Shown here in pieces: positions 37,293-49,810 of a DNA stretch of 64,000 nucleotides (the stretch's first letter is position 1; the number at the start of each line of letters is the position of its first letter). The position numbers and the translations under genes are program-made. This DNA comes from Octopus sinensis (taxonomy: Eukaryota): assembly GCF_006345805.1 (NCBI RefSeq), contig NW_021833428.1, positions 10,304 through 74,303 on the forward strand, read 5' to 3'. Below the pieces are notes generated by a model, which was not told the DNA's origin, did no database searches, and saw only the letters and a list, made by a program, of their open reading frames with translations.

Positions 37293-38260
37293 GGTTTGAA
37301 TGTCTTGATGACCCGCGTTTCTCATTACTACGTAAAACAATCCTCCTCTCGAGTTCAGTGATCATACCCGTAAGAATTCGAATGCTACCGGCATGTATCA
37401 AATGTTACAGGCGTAAAACAGTGATGATCCGAGAGAATTTTGTACTTATTTTTGTGGCAAGCTCAGCGTTATTCGGAATGTGCCCTGGTCGTTCTTCCTA
37501 TGGGATGATATTTGAAGATGAGAACGTGTGCACGTTGTCTCTTACAAGAATGAAAGGCCTGCTCGAAAAGGAAATATAGTCATTTTGTTTGGTTTTGCTT
37601 CTTTGCCACGGTCTAGACCTGCTTGTTCAGAGATAGAAGGTATGCCAGCAATCTGGACGGTAAAGTATGGAGAGAAACTTAAGAGAAAAAGTAGTCTTTC
37701 CACGTCTTTTATGGTTATGCAGCGGCAGTTATAAACTGTGTATTGATGAAATCGAGTCGGAGAAAAAAACCAGTTCTGAATGAATTGTTTTCGAGTAGAG
37801 TCGCCGTTCATGCTGCTTGGAATGCGTTTAGCGAGGTACCGTTGTTTTCATGTGCAGTGGAGGTAGGCCACACTGTACATGTTAAGCAAGAGTTTCAAAA
37901 TCTTAAATAGTTCTGAAGCCAAGATTTCGTGCCAGTTAATTTCTTTAATTTGTCTGTAGTTAGCAAAAGGTTTGAATGAGTCCTAAAAACCAGTCTGCAA
38001 AATTCGTCATCTTTAAAAACAAAGTTTCGCCAAAATGCTTAAAACCCAGAAGGACAGTCCAAAAATGATTAGTCAATTGCCAGGTCGAAAAGCAAGGCAC
38101 CAAGAGAAATGTACTGTTTTACTCCAGTTTATGACCGATGTTTAGTCAAAAAACAGAGGATATATTTTCGGGTTCCCAAACAGCACTCGTCTACTAATTG
38201 TTAAATTCTAGTTGCAGGGGACAGAGGGAAGGCCCAAATCGTGAAAAATGAACTAGCGTT
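37293..38260 (-). mobile_element. Old degraded CRE-like element
   Basis: AGIPSISEQAGLDRGKEAKPNKMTIFPF is a decayed AGIPSILEPVGLDRGDGKRPDGM. Confidence 0.7.
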
Positions 38261-38329
38261 GTCGTAGACACGTAATGCTATTTTTGACAACTATACTAAG
38301 TGTATAAATGGTGACTCCTATTAGTAAAC

Positions 38330-39990
38330 AATTGAAATGATTGGTTTGCAGAGAACACTACGAGTAGATTACAGTCTTGTCTCTCCTACTGAACCCACTT
38401 TGTCCCACAGACAAGAATTTGTCTACGATAATAGAGATTCTGTGAAGAACAATTAACGAAAATAGTTATCGTAAAGATATAAGAGAATTATAAGTCTGAG
38501 ATTTTTTTACTGGTCCAACCGATTTCCCTGGTTTTTGTCCCTTTGGACTCCTTGTCCATGTGAAACGTTGGTATATGCCGTGAATATGCCGTTTAGTATG
38601 TCGCATAACTGATGAGCGAGTAAGCTTGGCGAATATTCTAAAAGTTCTCCATTAATGACATCAATACCCAAACTCGTACCATTATTCAATTTCCGTAGAG
38701 AAACTTGCATCTTTGTGATAGTAATTGGAACAGTTAGACATTTATGATCTCAAAAAAAACTGAGATATATGCTCAATGTCATTTTTGAAAAGGGATTCAA
38801 AGTAGACAACAATTTTTCCGGCCATCTCTTTTTTATCAAACATTTTTCTTTCATAGTCATTGTGTGGAATTAACTATTTAGGCCTGTTCGTTCTGTTTAG
38901 CAATCAAATATCTCGGAACATTTTTGGGCCATAATTGAGCTGTTCAACTTTTTTGCCATACTCTTCAAGTGATCTTTGATAAAGCAGGCGTACTCTACTC
39001 TTTATATCCCGTAGAATGGAGTTCCTCTTAAATTTAGTTCTGTTTTGATCTTTGCATGCTTTATATTTTCTATATGAAGTCTAAGCTTTTTCTGTTTCAT
39101 GATAGAATGCCAATTTTTGTAATATAGATAGGCAGTTTTCGGTTTTCTTGAAACACTCTTTAGCAACGACCAAGCATGTTTTTAATTCTGTCTGATAATC
39201 AAGTCCAGAGATCATCAGGTTTATATTTAAATTTAATTTTAAGACAAATTTATCGACTCTTATTAAATCTATTGTGCGTAGAATCCTTTGCATGTCAGTT
39301 TGGCACGGTTAGATTTCCAGAGGAGTGTTTCTACTGTTTTTTTGATCAAATTCTAACTTAAATGAAATTTAAATCAAGTGAAAACTGCTTTATGCCCACT
39401 CGATAGAAGTATTACTTCGTGAAATTTGAGTCCATCAATATGCATTTGAGATTACGCTTACAAATGATGTAATTAATTTGATTGCAAATAGGTACAATCT
39501 CCACATTCTGGTTATGTATTTATCCCACGCACCTTGTCATGTGTCTTGTTGGGTGGTTAAATGCCGTGCTCCACAACAAAGGTCCAATGCACTGCAGAAA
39601 TTTGCCAAACCTGCGCCATTTGAGTTGCTTGTTCCTCTACTATGAACTCCGATAAAATTTTCATCCTTAGGACGTGTTCCCACTTTTTCATTCCCGTATC
39701 TGCAAAGGAAAATGAGAGGAGGAGCATGCATATCGCCTATAGCCATGTCAAGATTCTAGTAAAAATTTTCGACTTCTTCAGGACATTTTATTGCTATATC
39801 CATTGTTGGTCATATACGTTCATGACCGTCAGAAGCGTTTTTTCCTGCATTAGTATTAAGACTGATATCGTTTTATTGATTTTTCCAGCATTTGTAAATT
39901 TAGTTGTTATAGCGCTTGCTGATCAACATTCTGTTTTTCGTTTTGTTTGCTCGGTCGACGGATATAAATGATAAGACACGACTTAAGAAA
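38330..39990 (-). mobile_element. RTE-like LINE remnant (APE endonuclease and start of RT)
   Basis: VMNVY, IGDMHA, NSNGAGLANFC, LRKLNNGTSLGIDVINGELL. Confidence 0.7.
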
Positions 39991-40078
39991 GTCATTTTAA
40001 CTCTTGGAACCTTTGTCGATCGCTGTGAGGAAATGGCTTGCTATTCGGAGGCTAGTCGAGCGTATCGTGAAGTTTTTA

Positions 40079-40355
40079 TTATTTATTTATTTATTAAAGA
40101 CCAAACACGGGCAAAGCCAGTTAATTATAGTTATTCCCGTGATCGCCGATCCAAACGAGGGAGATCCTTCTGAAAGGTTCGATCCTGTCCGCATGATCGA
40201 CCTGAGACGACGATGTCCCAGGGTCTGAGAGCTAGAAGTCCTTCTTCGGTAGGCATTAAGTGCCTCCTGAGCGTTGCCATATCCGATTGGAATTTTCCAA
40301 CTGACATGGTGGACCCCATAACGCCACGCTAAGACCGGAAGGTAAGAGATCCCCA
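40079..40355 (-). mobile_element. Short LINE 3'-end insertion with 12-bp TSD GTGAAGTTTTTA
   Basis: TSD at 40067-40078 and 40356-40367; (TAAA)n tail and 3'UTR similar to the 'GIT*' family. Confidence 0.7.
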
Positions 40356-40479
40356 GTGAAGTTTTTAACAAACGAATAACTCCAAATAGTACGACTATCT
40401 AAATCAAATATTTCACAGGTCAAAAATTATTGTTAATGTAAAAAAATTATAAACAAATCCGAAATTGTGAGCATTCATC

Positions 40480-40980
40480 TAAATCCAACTCTGTTCGCAC
40501 TCGCAACTTCCATATGCCGAAGTATTCTTTCCGACGTTTAAATTACAGCCAAAACGAATCTGACGATTCTTGGTGCTCCCATGGGTCCTTCCATTCTTCA
40601 CGGGTCACTGTCTGAAAAAATCTCAAATCTATCTAAAGACATCGAGCCTCATGTGGCTTTTTTCCTTTTCCGAAACTATTTTTCCGCCCCCAAGATCCTT
40701 TACACGTTAAGATATGCACCCTGTTTTCAAAGGGGTGACCTTCTGTCAAACTTTAACCATATCCTTGGGCTCGGTACAAGCTCACTTTGCAATCTGATCT
40801 GACTTTCGACGATCCCGGCTAGGCATCTCTATCGATGCGCTGAAGCGGCCTTGGCATGAGCTCCTATTCCGATCTGGGCTTTCCGGCATTCCTATCTCCT
40901 CGCTCGGCTTCTCGTTATCTCTCTGACATTATTCTCTGAAATTTTCCCGAACGGAAATGGTCTAAAGATTACTCGCTAGT
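40480..40980 (+). mobile_element. CRE family A-like internal fragment, diverged
   Basis: ILGAPMGPS..IEPHVAFFLFRNYFSAPKILYTLR; homologous to 62580-63020. Confidence 0.85.
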
Positions 40981-41259
40981 TTGTGGAGGATACTAGCTTT
41001 AAGATTACGCCGTTAAAAGAATTAAATTAAAACTGAATTAAAAGTTGTTGACTCCAATTGTCAACTTTTTTAAATTCAAAACATTATCTACACCCCTCGT
41101 CACCGAAAACCGGACAAGCCATTTTTTATGATTTTATTAATTAAATACGAAAAATAAAAAACTTATGCTTAATATTTTTACTTAATAATAATTGTGTATT
41201 AATTATTAATTATGCTATTATAGAACTAATATTTAAAGCAGAATTTCAATTTAATTATG

Positions 41260-41340
41260 GGAACAGCTGTTCCATCCGGCTTGCTGGCCGATTAATTTCT
41301 GATTAATTTGTTTTAACATTGATTTGAAATTTAAAAAAAA
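41260..41340 (+). mobile_element. ~80-bp CRE-like 3'-tail insertion in the left Tc1 IR (TSD AATTATG)
   Basis: Absent from the right IR; encodes GNSCSIRLAGRLISD* followed by a poly(A) run. Confidence 0.65.
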
Positions 41341-42532
41341 AATTATGACATGTAAAACCGGACAAAACTTTTATAGATCTAAAAGTCGTTGAAAAGAAGC
41401 TAAAAATGTATAGTTAAAGAAGAAGTCACCTTTTAGATTTCCTGAAAGGACAAATTATTGCATTTTATAATCATAATGTGACTTATCGAATGATTCCTGC
41501 AAGTATAGGAGTCTCAAAATCAACTGTATCAGATGTGATTCAGAAATTCAAAAAAACTGGATCAATTAACAGACATCCGGGAACTGAAAAAAAAATATCG
41601 ACAGAGGAAGAAATTTTGATTTTAGTAGAACTATCAAATAATACTTCTAATAAAAGTGCCAAAACTCTTACTATCAAAATTAAAACTATGTTCAAAAAAA
41701 ATTTCAACAAGAATAGTATTTCGAAATTTAAATAAGAAAGGATTATATGGCCGAGCTGCTAAAAGAAAACCTCTTTTATCCACAAAAAACATAATTTTAA
41801 GACGTAAAATTACGAAATCATTTTTAAGCATTTCCGACGAGACATGGAAGTCGGTAATTTTTATTGATGAATGGTCTTTTGATATTTTTAATACCAATAA
41901 GCATCAAATAGTGTATAGAGAAAATGGTTCTGCATACAAAAAATGCAATATTATCCCAACTGTAAAATTCGTTGGTGGAAAAGTAATGGTCTGAAGCAGT
42001 TTCTCATATAAAGTAGTCTGTAATCTTGTTTTTATTAATGGAATCCTAAATAGCGCAAAATATACTAATATTTTATCCAATAATATATTTGAATGTGCCA
42101 AAAAATTCGGGATAGACTAATTAATTTTATAACAGAATAATGCACTTTGCCATAAATCTAAAATAGTACAAGATTATATTAAAAAAACATTATTTTACTT
42201 CAATGGCTGGCTCAGTCACCGGATTTAAACGCCCATAGAACATCTATGGGCAGAAATGAAGAGAGAATTATCAAAAAATGTAGTCAAAAACAAAAATGAA
42301 CTAAAGGACAAATTAACAGAAATATGGAATAATATATCACCAGAATTATTGAAAAACTAGCAATGTCTATGAAAAATAGATGTTACAAAATTTTCAGTGC
42401 AAATGGTGGGCATATTAACTACTAAATGACTTGTTTTTATTTTTGTCCGGTTTTACATCTCATAAATAAATTGAAATTCTGCTTTAAATATAAGTTCTAT
42501 AATAACATAATTAATATTATTAAGTAAAGATA

Positions 42533-42660
42533 TTTTTTTTTGAAACACAAGTGTTTAAATTAAAGTCAAAATGTTTAGGAGGACAAGATGGAATGGCAAT
42601 TCCCACGCAAGATGGCTATTGATATGCGTTGGAAAAGCCATGTCCGTTCTCGATGATCGT
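42533..42660 (-). mobile_element. ~130-bp CRE-like 3'-tail insertion in the right Tc1 IR
   Basis: DHRERTWLFQRISIAILRGNCHSILSS* followed by poly(A). Confidence 0.8.
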
Positions 42661-43056
42661 TTTAGCGTAAGTTTTTGATTTAAGCGTAAGTTTTTGATTT
42701 TTCATATTTAATTAATAAAATCATCAAGAATAGCTTGTCCGGTTTTCGGTGACGAGGGGTGTATATTGAATATCGGAATAATTAAATTAAATATTGCATT
42801 GTCAAATTTGAATATTGTTTTGTGGAAATTGATATAAAAATGTCAGAATTGAACTGAAAATGGTATAGATATTGGCAAAGAAAGTGATAATGTACTTCTA
42901 AGAAATCTTTCTTTTTTTAATCTTAAAAAAACTAGAAACATCAATTTTTTATTTAATTTGAATTTACATAAACTAGCAGAATATTTAAATTAGTTATTAA
43001 TAATTCAGCGATTCAATAACTGGCACTTTAAATCATGTTTCCATTGGTTATATATA

Positions 43057-43427
43057 ATGGTTGGAATAGGCCTACAAATAATTGTTGTTGTTTGGAGTCT
43101 GACAATTCTAACTGCTCTATTAGCTGCACACTTCAACAATACAAAAATAAGGTTGTTTTCAATATTTAACTAATATAGAAATACATCTTTTCTTTTATTT
43201 TTATCATCTCTTATTGTAACATTATTTTTGGTTTTTATGAAATGTGAACAATCAAATTCGACAGTTTATGTTTTTCTACTTATTTGTACTGTTAGACTTA
43301 CGACAAATTTCTTCCTTATAAAATTGCGACTGCGGTCATACTCGGGTTCTTTATGATTGGAATGCTTATTACTACATTTTTCATGCACACACGAGTCATC
43401 AATCACCCGAATTATAACTATCGCTAA
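43057..43427 (+). CDS. TMEM218: TMEM218-like 3-TM ciliary transition-zone protein (introns 43152-43178, 43264-43295)
   Basis: Spliced ~103-aa ORF: MVGIGLQIIVVVWSLTILTALL..SFLLFLSSLIVTLFLVF..TYDKFLPYKIATAVILGFFMIG. The pattern matches TMEM218 as recalled; not in the ORF track. Confidence 0.65.
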
Positions 43428-43540
43428 ATAATTATTGGTGTGGATTTATTCCGATTAAAATTTACATTTTGATTAAATAAGCAATCGTTAAGTAAATATT
43501 ATTTTAAGTTAGTCCGTTGTTCTCAACAAATCATTTTCTC

Positions 43541-44621
43541 ATTCATTCATTCAACTGGGAATCATTGTAGCTGCAACAAAAAGCATTTGCAGCGGAGCAG
43601 TGGGGATTCCGACGAAAAAGATCCTGTGGTGATTGTTTCGGAGAACTCGAGAAAGTCATCTCGCTTAGTCTTGCTAACAATACAGCGACTATTGCTATCT
43701 GCCTCGATGTCTCAAAAGCTTTTGACAGCGTATGGCACCTGGGCCTCTTGGAAAGTGTCGCCAAAATCAAACCCGGGTCTAGAACGGTCAATTGGCTGAA
43801 GACCTATTTATCAATGAGGAGGTCATAGCGGAAACCGTTTGTCGGAATCTGTCGATCTTAAAAGAGTGGTACCTCAAGGCTCGGTATTGAGCCCTCTGCT
43901 TTTTAATATTTACGTTGCTGATATTCCAAAACTGAAAGATCCTACCAGTCGTCTCATGATCTACGCGGACGACATACTAATAACGGATGCTTTGTGGGAA
44001 AAGACATCTCGTGGAGGAAATTAAAAGGATACGTGACAAGAGTCGAAGAGTGGTGCATTTCAAAAGGACTGACGCTCGCAAAAGAAAAGTGCACCGCCAC
44101 TTGGATTGCAAAACAGGGAGCTAAACGAAAACCCCCGAGAAACCTCTATGGGTTTACAGCAACGGAGAACCTGAAATACCTTGGGGTTGAAGTTGGATCC
44201 AAGGGCTCTTACTTCAGATACATCGACTCAAGGAGAAGGAAATGCGCTCAAATTCTCAGAAGCATAATTCACTTCCAGCTTTGTCCGGAAACGTTTTTAT
44301 ATGTTTATAAAACATGCGTCGAACCATTGCTTACCTACCGGTTCGAGGGATGGTACCCTACTGCTGAGAGGGATGGCATTATCACTAAGATCGAAAAGAC
44401 GAGACGATATGCCATCAAATTGGCAAATGGACTCCAGCTAGACCAACCCATCCCTCAAGAGATGGAAGACGGGACGGAAACGGTTGGAAGTGTTATTGAG
44501 AGAGCCTTTTCCTCTCGAATTAAAAAAAAGAGGGAAACAACGGAGAACAGGCATACGTTGTCTCATTAACTTTCTCTCTATTTTTTCGGCTTTTCCGTTT
44601 TAATAAAAAATTCATTCATTT
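43541..44621 (+). mobile_element. 5'-truncated LINE RT with (ATTC)n ends and 12-bp TSD AATCATTTTCTC
   Basis: QWGFR, CLDVSKAFDSVWH, VPQGSVLSPLLFNIY, YADD, KYLGV, YKTCVEP. Confidence 0.85.
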
Positions 44622-44639
44622 AATCATTTTCTCTTAATC

Positions 44640-45540
44640 GATGACTTAAACGTCTCAAAAATGAGGATGTTACTGTTCCAATGATGGAAAAGGTGAATCG
44701 CTATTTCCGTGCAGCTGGGCTGGAGAAAAATCTGTAAAAATCAACCGTGAACACTGCATTGTTAACAACGGAGGTAAAAGTTTTTGACAAAATTGATTGA
44801 TATAAGTATCTGGGAGTACTTGAAAGTTAAACTGGAAATCCTGAAAATAATCCTCGATTTAAAAGGTTAGCAAATACAAAGAAGTAATCACGGGAATTAA
44901 AAGGCTAGCAAATACAAAACTGAATGGAGTGAATCTGGTCAAAGCAATTAATGAACACCCTCTTTGACTGTAAAAATATTACATTGGACTAGTTGATATT
45001 GTGCCATTTGAATATGAAATGGTGGACGATAGAATCCGAGCAAAATTAATAGAATACAAGATGCACTTTCGACCAGCCAACAAACAAAGATTATACTTTT
45101 CCCGTAACAATTTTGGAAGACGATTGAGCTCAATTTTTGTTTTATGTGAACTTATGCTTCTTGGATTCCTTATGGACTTAAAACACCGAAGTGGTGTCTG
45201 CAAAAGAAGTTTTTTCGATTCTTCATGCAGAAATGCTTACAATATCTACGTTTGCTTTATATCAGTGAGAGAACACATGCATACATACAATCACTTACTA
45301 TAAAGAAAACTCTTGAGAGGATGATTGCTTCTTATAGGAGCAAAGTTAAACCGTAGGGAAGACTCTTTACTGAAAAGAAGAATAAAGGAGATTTATCACC
45401 AAATAAGAGTGATTACAACATCTCCAGTGTTTGTCAGCACCTCGAAAGGAAAAGAGGAAGTCGCTACTTCTGATGGAGAAGATTATATAATTAATATTTA
45501 CTTATTCAAGTTTTTGGATTATTCACAATATACTAGAAAG
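44640..45540 (+). mobile_element. R4/Dong-like RT C-terminal fragment, degraded
   Basis: YKYLGVLE, TKLNGVNLVKAINEH, HFRPANKQRLYFSRNNFGRRL. Confidence 0.7.
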
Positions 45541-45964
45541 TAAAAGAGCATGCAACAAATAGGAGGCCAAATAAAATGACACTGTTAGGGAGTACAAAAT
45601 AAATAATTTATTGAAAAACTCTATACTCCCAATTAAAAGAGGTTTGGAAATGACGATTAAAACACAGTTGACAGAGTTGGATACGCATATAAAACGACCT
45701 ATCTCAACTCTTGCCAATGAAAGCAGAAAGCTATCAAAAATCCAATTTTTTAATTATTTACAAGCTTATTTTCAGTCAACTGTTTTTAAGAAGACTCTTG
45801 AAAGCATCTCGTTTGATGCTCACCGATCCTGTCCTTTCTTGAAATTTAGTCAGCAAAAACAGAGAACTGCACCTTGACGAAAGCTTGCAGTCTGAAGAGC
45901 ACTTATTATAGGCACTTTTGCGATGCCATGAATCACGACAAAGCTTGTGCAGCACAGGAAACAA

Positions 45965-46797
45965 TAAGAGTAATTAGTTTATTCTATTTCCCGCGATCTT
46001 AAGTGACGTCCCGCAGTGTATCGAGATCGTCTCCGTCTTTCAATTCTTTACCAGCCCTCTTTAGGTCTCTATCCAGCGTACCCGGGAGAGTATTTCTTAG
46101 TCGTCCACGGAAACCATGACCCATAGCTTCGAAATAGTCCTCCATAGCGGCGTTTGCCGGTGCATTCAAATCCATTTTTAGAATGTGTCCAAACAGCCTT
46201 TATCTGCATTCGGTAATTTCGAGCGAGATTGGTTTGCTTGATGTTCTGGCATAAACTGTTCTGTTACTCAACCTTGAATGCCACTTGGAGGCTAGAGTAC
46301 GTCGGAGATGATCTCTATGGAAAGAGTCTAGGTTGTCATTGTCTGTAGCGGAAAGTCCCCAAATTCCGGCGTTATATAGGAGTATTGGCTTCACTAGTGA
46401 ATTGTATAGTCGTATCCGTGTTTTTGTGCTAAGTCCTTTGCGTTTTAGTCAATTTTTCTTTAACTGCGTAGTGCACTGTTTGCATGTGTTTTTCGCATAA
46501 TCACGTCTTGTTCGTCTCCCAATAATGATCCGAGTTTCTTTACTTTTCTCCAATGTTCATCCAGCTTAGACTTCTGTCTTGCTAGTTCAGTAAATTCTGT
46601 TTTCTCCACATTTACATTGAGGAACCACTCAGCAAGTCTATTTGGCATCACCTCCAGTAGGCTTTTCAGAGCGTCCCTGTCGGAAGAAATAAAATCCACG
46701 TCATCCGCGTGTGCCCCCACATTGATCTTTCCTTCATAGTATGGTTTTAGTTCTCTCAATACAGCTTCCAGATATATGACAAACAGTATAGGAGATT
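45965..46797 (-). mobile_element. RTE-like LINE 3' part
   Basis: SPILFVIYLE, HADDV, KKLGSLL, RIRLYNSLVKPILLYN, LFGHIL, RGRLR. Confidence 0.85.
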
Positions 46798-46921
46798 ACT
46801 GATCTAAGAGCACTTTCTGGGAGTTATTCTTTAATAAATTTAATTTTACTAATTCTGATAATTAATTTTCGACATGATATTTTTTATTTTTAAATTAACA
46901 TAACTTGCAATAAAATAAATT

Positions 46922-48397
46922 ATGCAATTCAGGTGTGGAGACATTATCGAATCCTCATTTCCATTTGTACACATATTAAAAAAATCACTGTTGAAAGTTA
47001 ACTGCTCGTGGTGCTTGAGAAATGATAGGTAATTTAGAGTAATATATATTCTAGACCTTTAAAAAAGTGCAGTGCTTGCAATATCCTTTATTTCTGTTCC
47101 AGCATGTGCCAAGTATTAAAAACTATTTATTCACAGAAAAAATCGTGGAAAATCCATAAATACGAATGTTCTCAACTTAAACTCGTGCAACACTCGTGCG
47201 ATCTCCCTTCTGACTCAACTCGTTTATTTTATCATTTAATTATCAAAGTATCTATTTAAATTATATAAAAGGACAAATTGGGATTATTTACCAAACGAGA
47301 GGGCCCGGATGGGAGATGTTTTTATGACTTAGTGTCTAGTAATCGTAAAATATCACAATTGGTTAGATTTCGAGTATTTATCTGACCGAATGAAAAAGAA
47401 TGTTGAAATTGCCGAAAAATATTGTTCGAATGTGCACGATTTACAAGATTTTGCACAACTTGTGGAAATTTACTGTCGAATGCAAACAAACAGTTTTGAA
47501 ATTTTGAATTTTGACGAGAAAATAGGAGTTGGTCTTTATTTAAAGTAAATATATTCATACGTTAAATTCAGTACATCAAAGTATGACCATTCTTGCATTC
47601 CCAATGCAGCCACAAATTTCAATGGATTGCAACAACGAGTGGTCGCCATGAAGGACATTCCTCGCAATACTACTATCACGATAACATATATTGACGTCAT
47701 GAATAGCCACGAGGAGCGACAATCCTTGTTAAAGCCCTATTGCTTTACTTGTCGCTGTCCACGGTGCAGCGACGATAAATTTGAGGCACTCTTATCATCT
47801 ACAAATTGTCCCTTTTGTTCTAAGAACTCTGTGGACTCATCAAACACGTGTACTGAGTGTTTTTCTCATATGAATAATGAATACATCTATCGGAGAATTT
47901 TGATGCTCTCGGAATGTAAAAAAAATATTACGATGATGTATTTTGGATTATTAATCTCAGGAATAACCAAGATAATGAAAAAGGGATTGATGTTCGAATT
48001 TTTATTAAGAAAATCGAGGATTTAATTTCCAAATGGAGTCCATCTATTCTCCCCACGACACACGTGAATTACACAGCGTTGATGTTTCTAAAGTCTGGCT
48101 TCCAATTCGAAATAAACGATTATGTTGGAGGTCTTGAAACTTTGGAGCTGATTTTTCCCCGCATGAAGTGAGTTTTGGAAGAATAACGAAAAGGTTTATT
48201 TATGAAATGTCTCCGGCTGTGTCAATGGCTGCGATGAGAATTATTAAGACCAGGGCATTTTTGGGTCTTCCAGTTAAGGGAGAATTCTACACAGAGGTGA
48301 TTTTTTGATGTGGCAGTCTTAGACGCTGCGTAGAATGATGATAACTCATGGGCTGGATAATGAGCAAACCAAATATTTAATGGAATACAAGAATTAA
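46922..48397 (+). CDS. SMYD-family (SET + MYND) lysine methyltransferase, SMYD3-like
   Basis: CSWC..CSAC..FCSSMCQ..W..HKYEC (MYND); NSFEI, GVGLY, DHSCIPNA, ITITYID, YCFTCRCPRC (SET and post-SET). Confidence 0.9.
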
Positions 48398-48824
48398 TTT
48401 TTTTTGTGATTTTTATAGTTTATATCTAAGAGTTTTTCTCGAAGAAATTTTTAAGATACTAAAATCGCTAATTTAAAATGAGGCTAATTTAATAGGCAAC
48501 AATTATAGAGTACAGCCTTCTTTTCTTATTTGTTGAATCGAATTAGATTTTAGTTCAATTTTAAACGATTAAAAGGTCCTTTTAAATCAATAAAAATACG
48601 TCAAATTGGTAAAAGGTCAATTTCCTAGGTAAACAACCATATTAAAAAAGACAAAAGTAGCCCATCGATACTGCGACGGGATCTAATAAATATGCGGTAA
48701 CTACAAGCAGTGCAAAGAAATTACGTTGTTTTACATAATTAAAATTACAAAATTATTAAAATGATTATTGATTTTTAAGTATTTTATTTAATAAATACTG
48801 ATCGGAAAAATTATTATTTTTGGC

Positions 48825-49582
48825 ATGTGCGAACATTTATTTCAGCTTATCCTCACACGGCAGTATATTCTTAGCGAATAATCAATTTAAGTGGACGGAC
48901 GGAAGCAAACGAGATGGGATTGTGTCAAGGCTTATAGTAAATTTATTATATTTCCAGGTCAAATGGACACACATCTCTCTAAACTAGGAATAGACCAGGC
49001 CGAGAAAACAGCAGTTGAACTAAGTGACGTCCCAATAATGAGAATATATACAAGCGATTTAACACGTGCTAGCGAGGTTAGTGTATATTTCTAAGAATTT
49101 TAGACAGCTAGAATTATTGCCGAAGGAAATAGATATTATAATGACACCCCTATACGTTTAGAGTCTCTTAGAGAAAGGGTTAGACATAAAAATGATTTTT
49201 ATAGTATTTGGGAAAGTACCAAGGACTGCCATATTCACAAATAACCAGATCAAGTCTTGCAGGAGTCGAATCAGAGGAGGATGTGAGTAATTTTTCTTTC
49301 ACAGATTAGTTTCAACAACGATGTAAAAATGCTATAAAGGAAATACTCAAATCTCAAATTGAGGAAATTGGGAATAGCCCATATACGATTGAGGGACGAC
49401 CGCCTGTTGTTTTGGTGGTAACACACCATGGAGCGCTCAAAATTATCCTCAAGTCGATTACCGACGAGCAAGTGCCCTTGAAATTATACAACTGTGCCCT
49501 ATCGATCTTTAGTGTTAATGCTGTGGAAGGAGAACCCAAAGTTAAATCGCTTTCAATTTCTGACATTAAACATTTGGCATAA
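48825..49582 (+). CDS. Histidine phosphatase superfamily (PGAM/TIGAR-like)
   Basis: Spliced LTRH|G, QG.MDTHLS.LG, YTSDLTRA.ETA, LRER..G, LVTHHG. Confidence 0.85.
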
Positions 49583-49810
49583 TTATTTCTTTTTTCAAAC
49601 TAATCAAATAAAATGGTGAAATTAGGTTTATGTTGACCTTGTAAAATGTTTTCAATTTACATTTAAATAACTTTTAGTTTATTCAATATATCAATGATAT
49701 CATTTTCATTGATTAAAAATAATATTTGATTATGAAGATAATAAGTCTTAATATATTTAAACTTTGTTTATAAACATATTTAATAAAATGAGAAACATAA
49801 ATAATTTTAA

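Larger units (their letters stand above)
41091..42761 (+). mobile_element. Tc1-family transposon with long IR/DR TIRs, defective
   Basis: TA|CACCCCTCGTCACCGAAAACCGGACAAGC ... GCTTGTCCGGTTTTCGGTGACGAGGGGTG|TA. RKPLLS, WKSVIFIDE, GGKVMV, QSPDLN.IEHLW. Confidence 0.92.

Noticed and set aside
37070-37579. 169-aa plus-strand ORF
   Set aside because: Made of tandem duplications plus the antisense strand of a decayed CRE element.
38605-38640. Hammerhead-like CTGATGA..GAA
   Set aside because: Lacks GAAA and stems I and III; lies antisense within RTE coding sequence.
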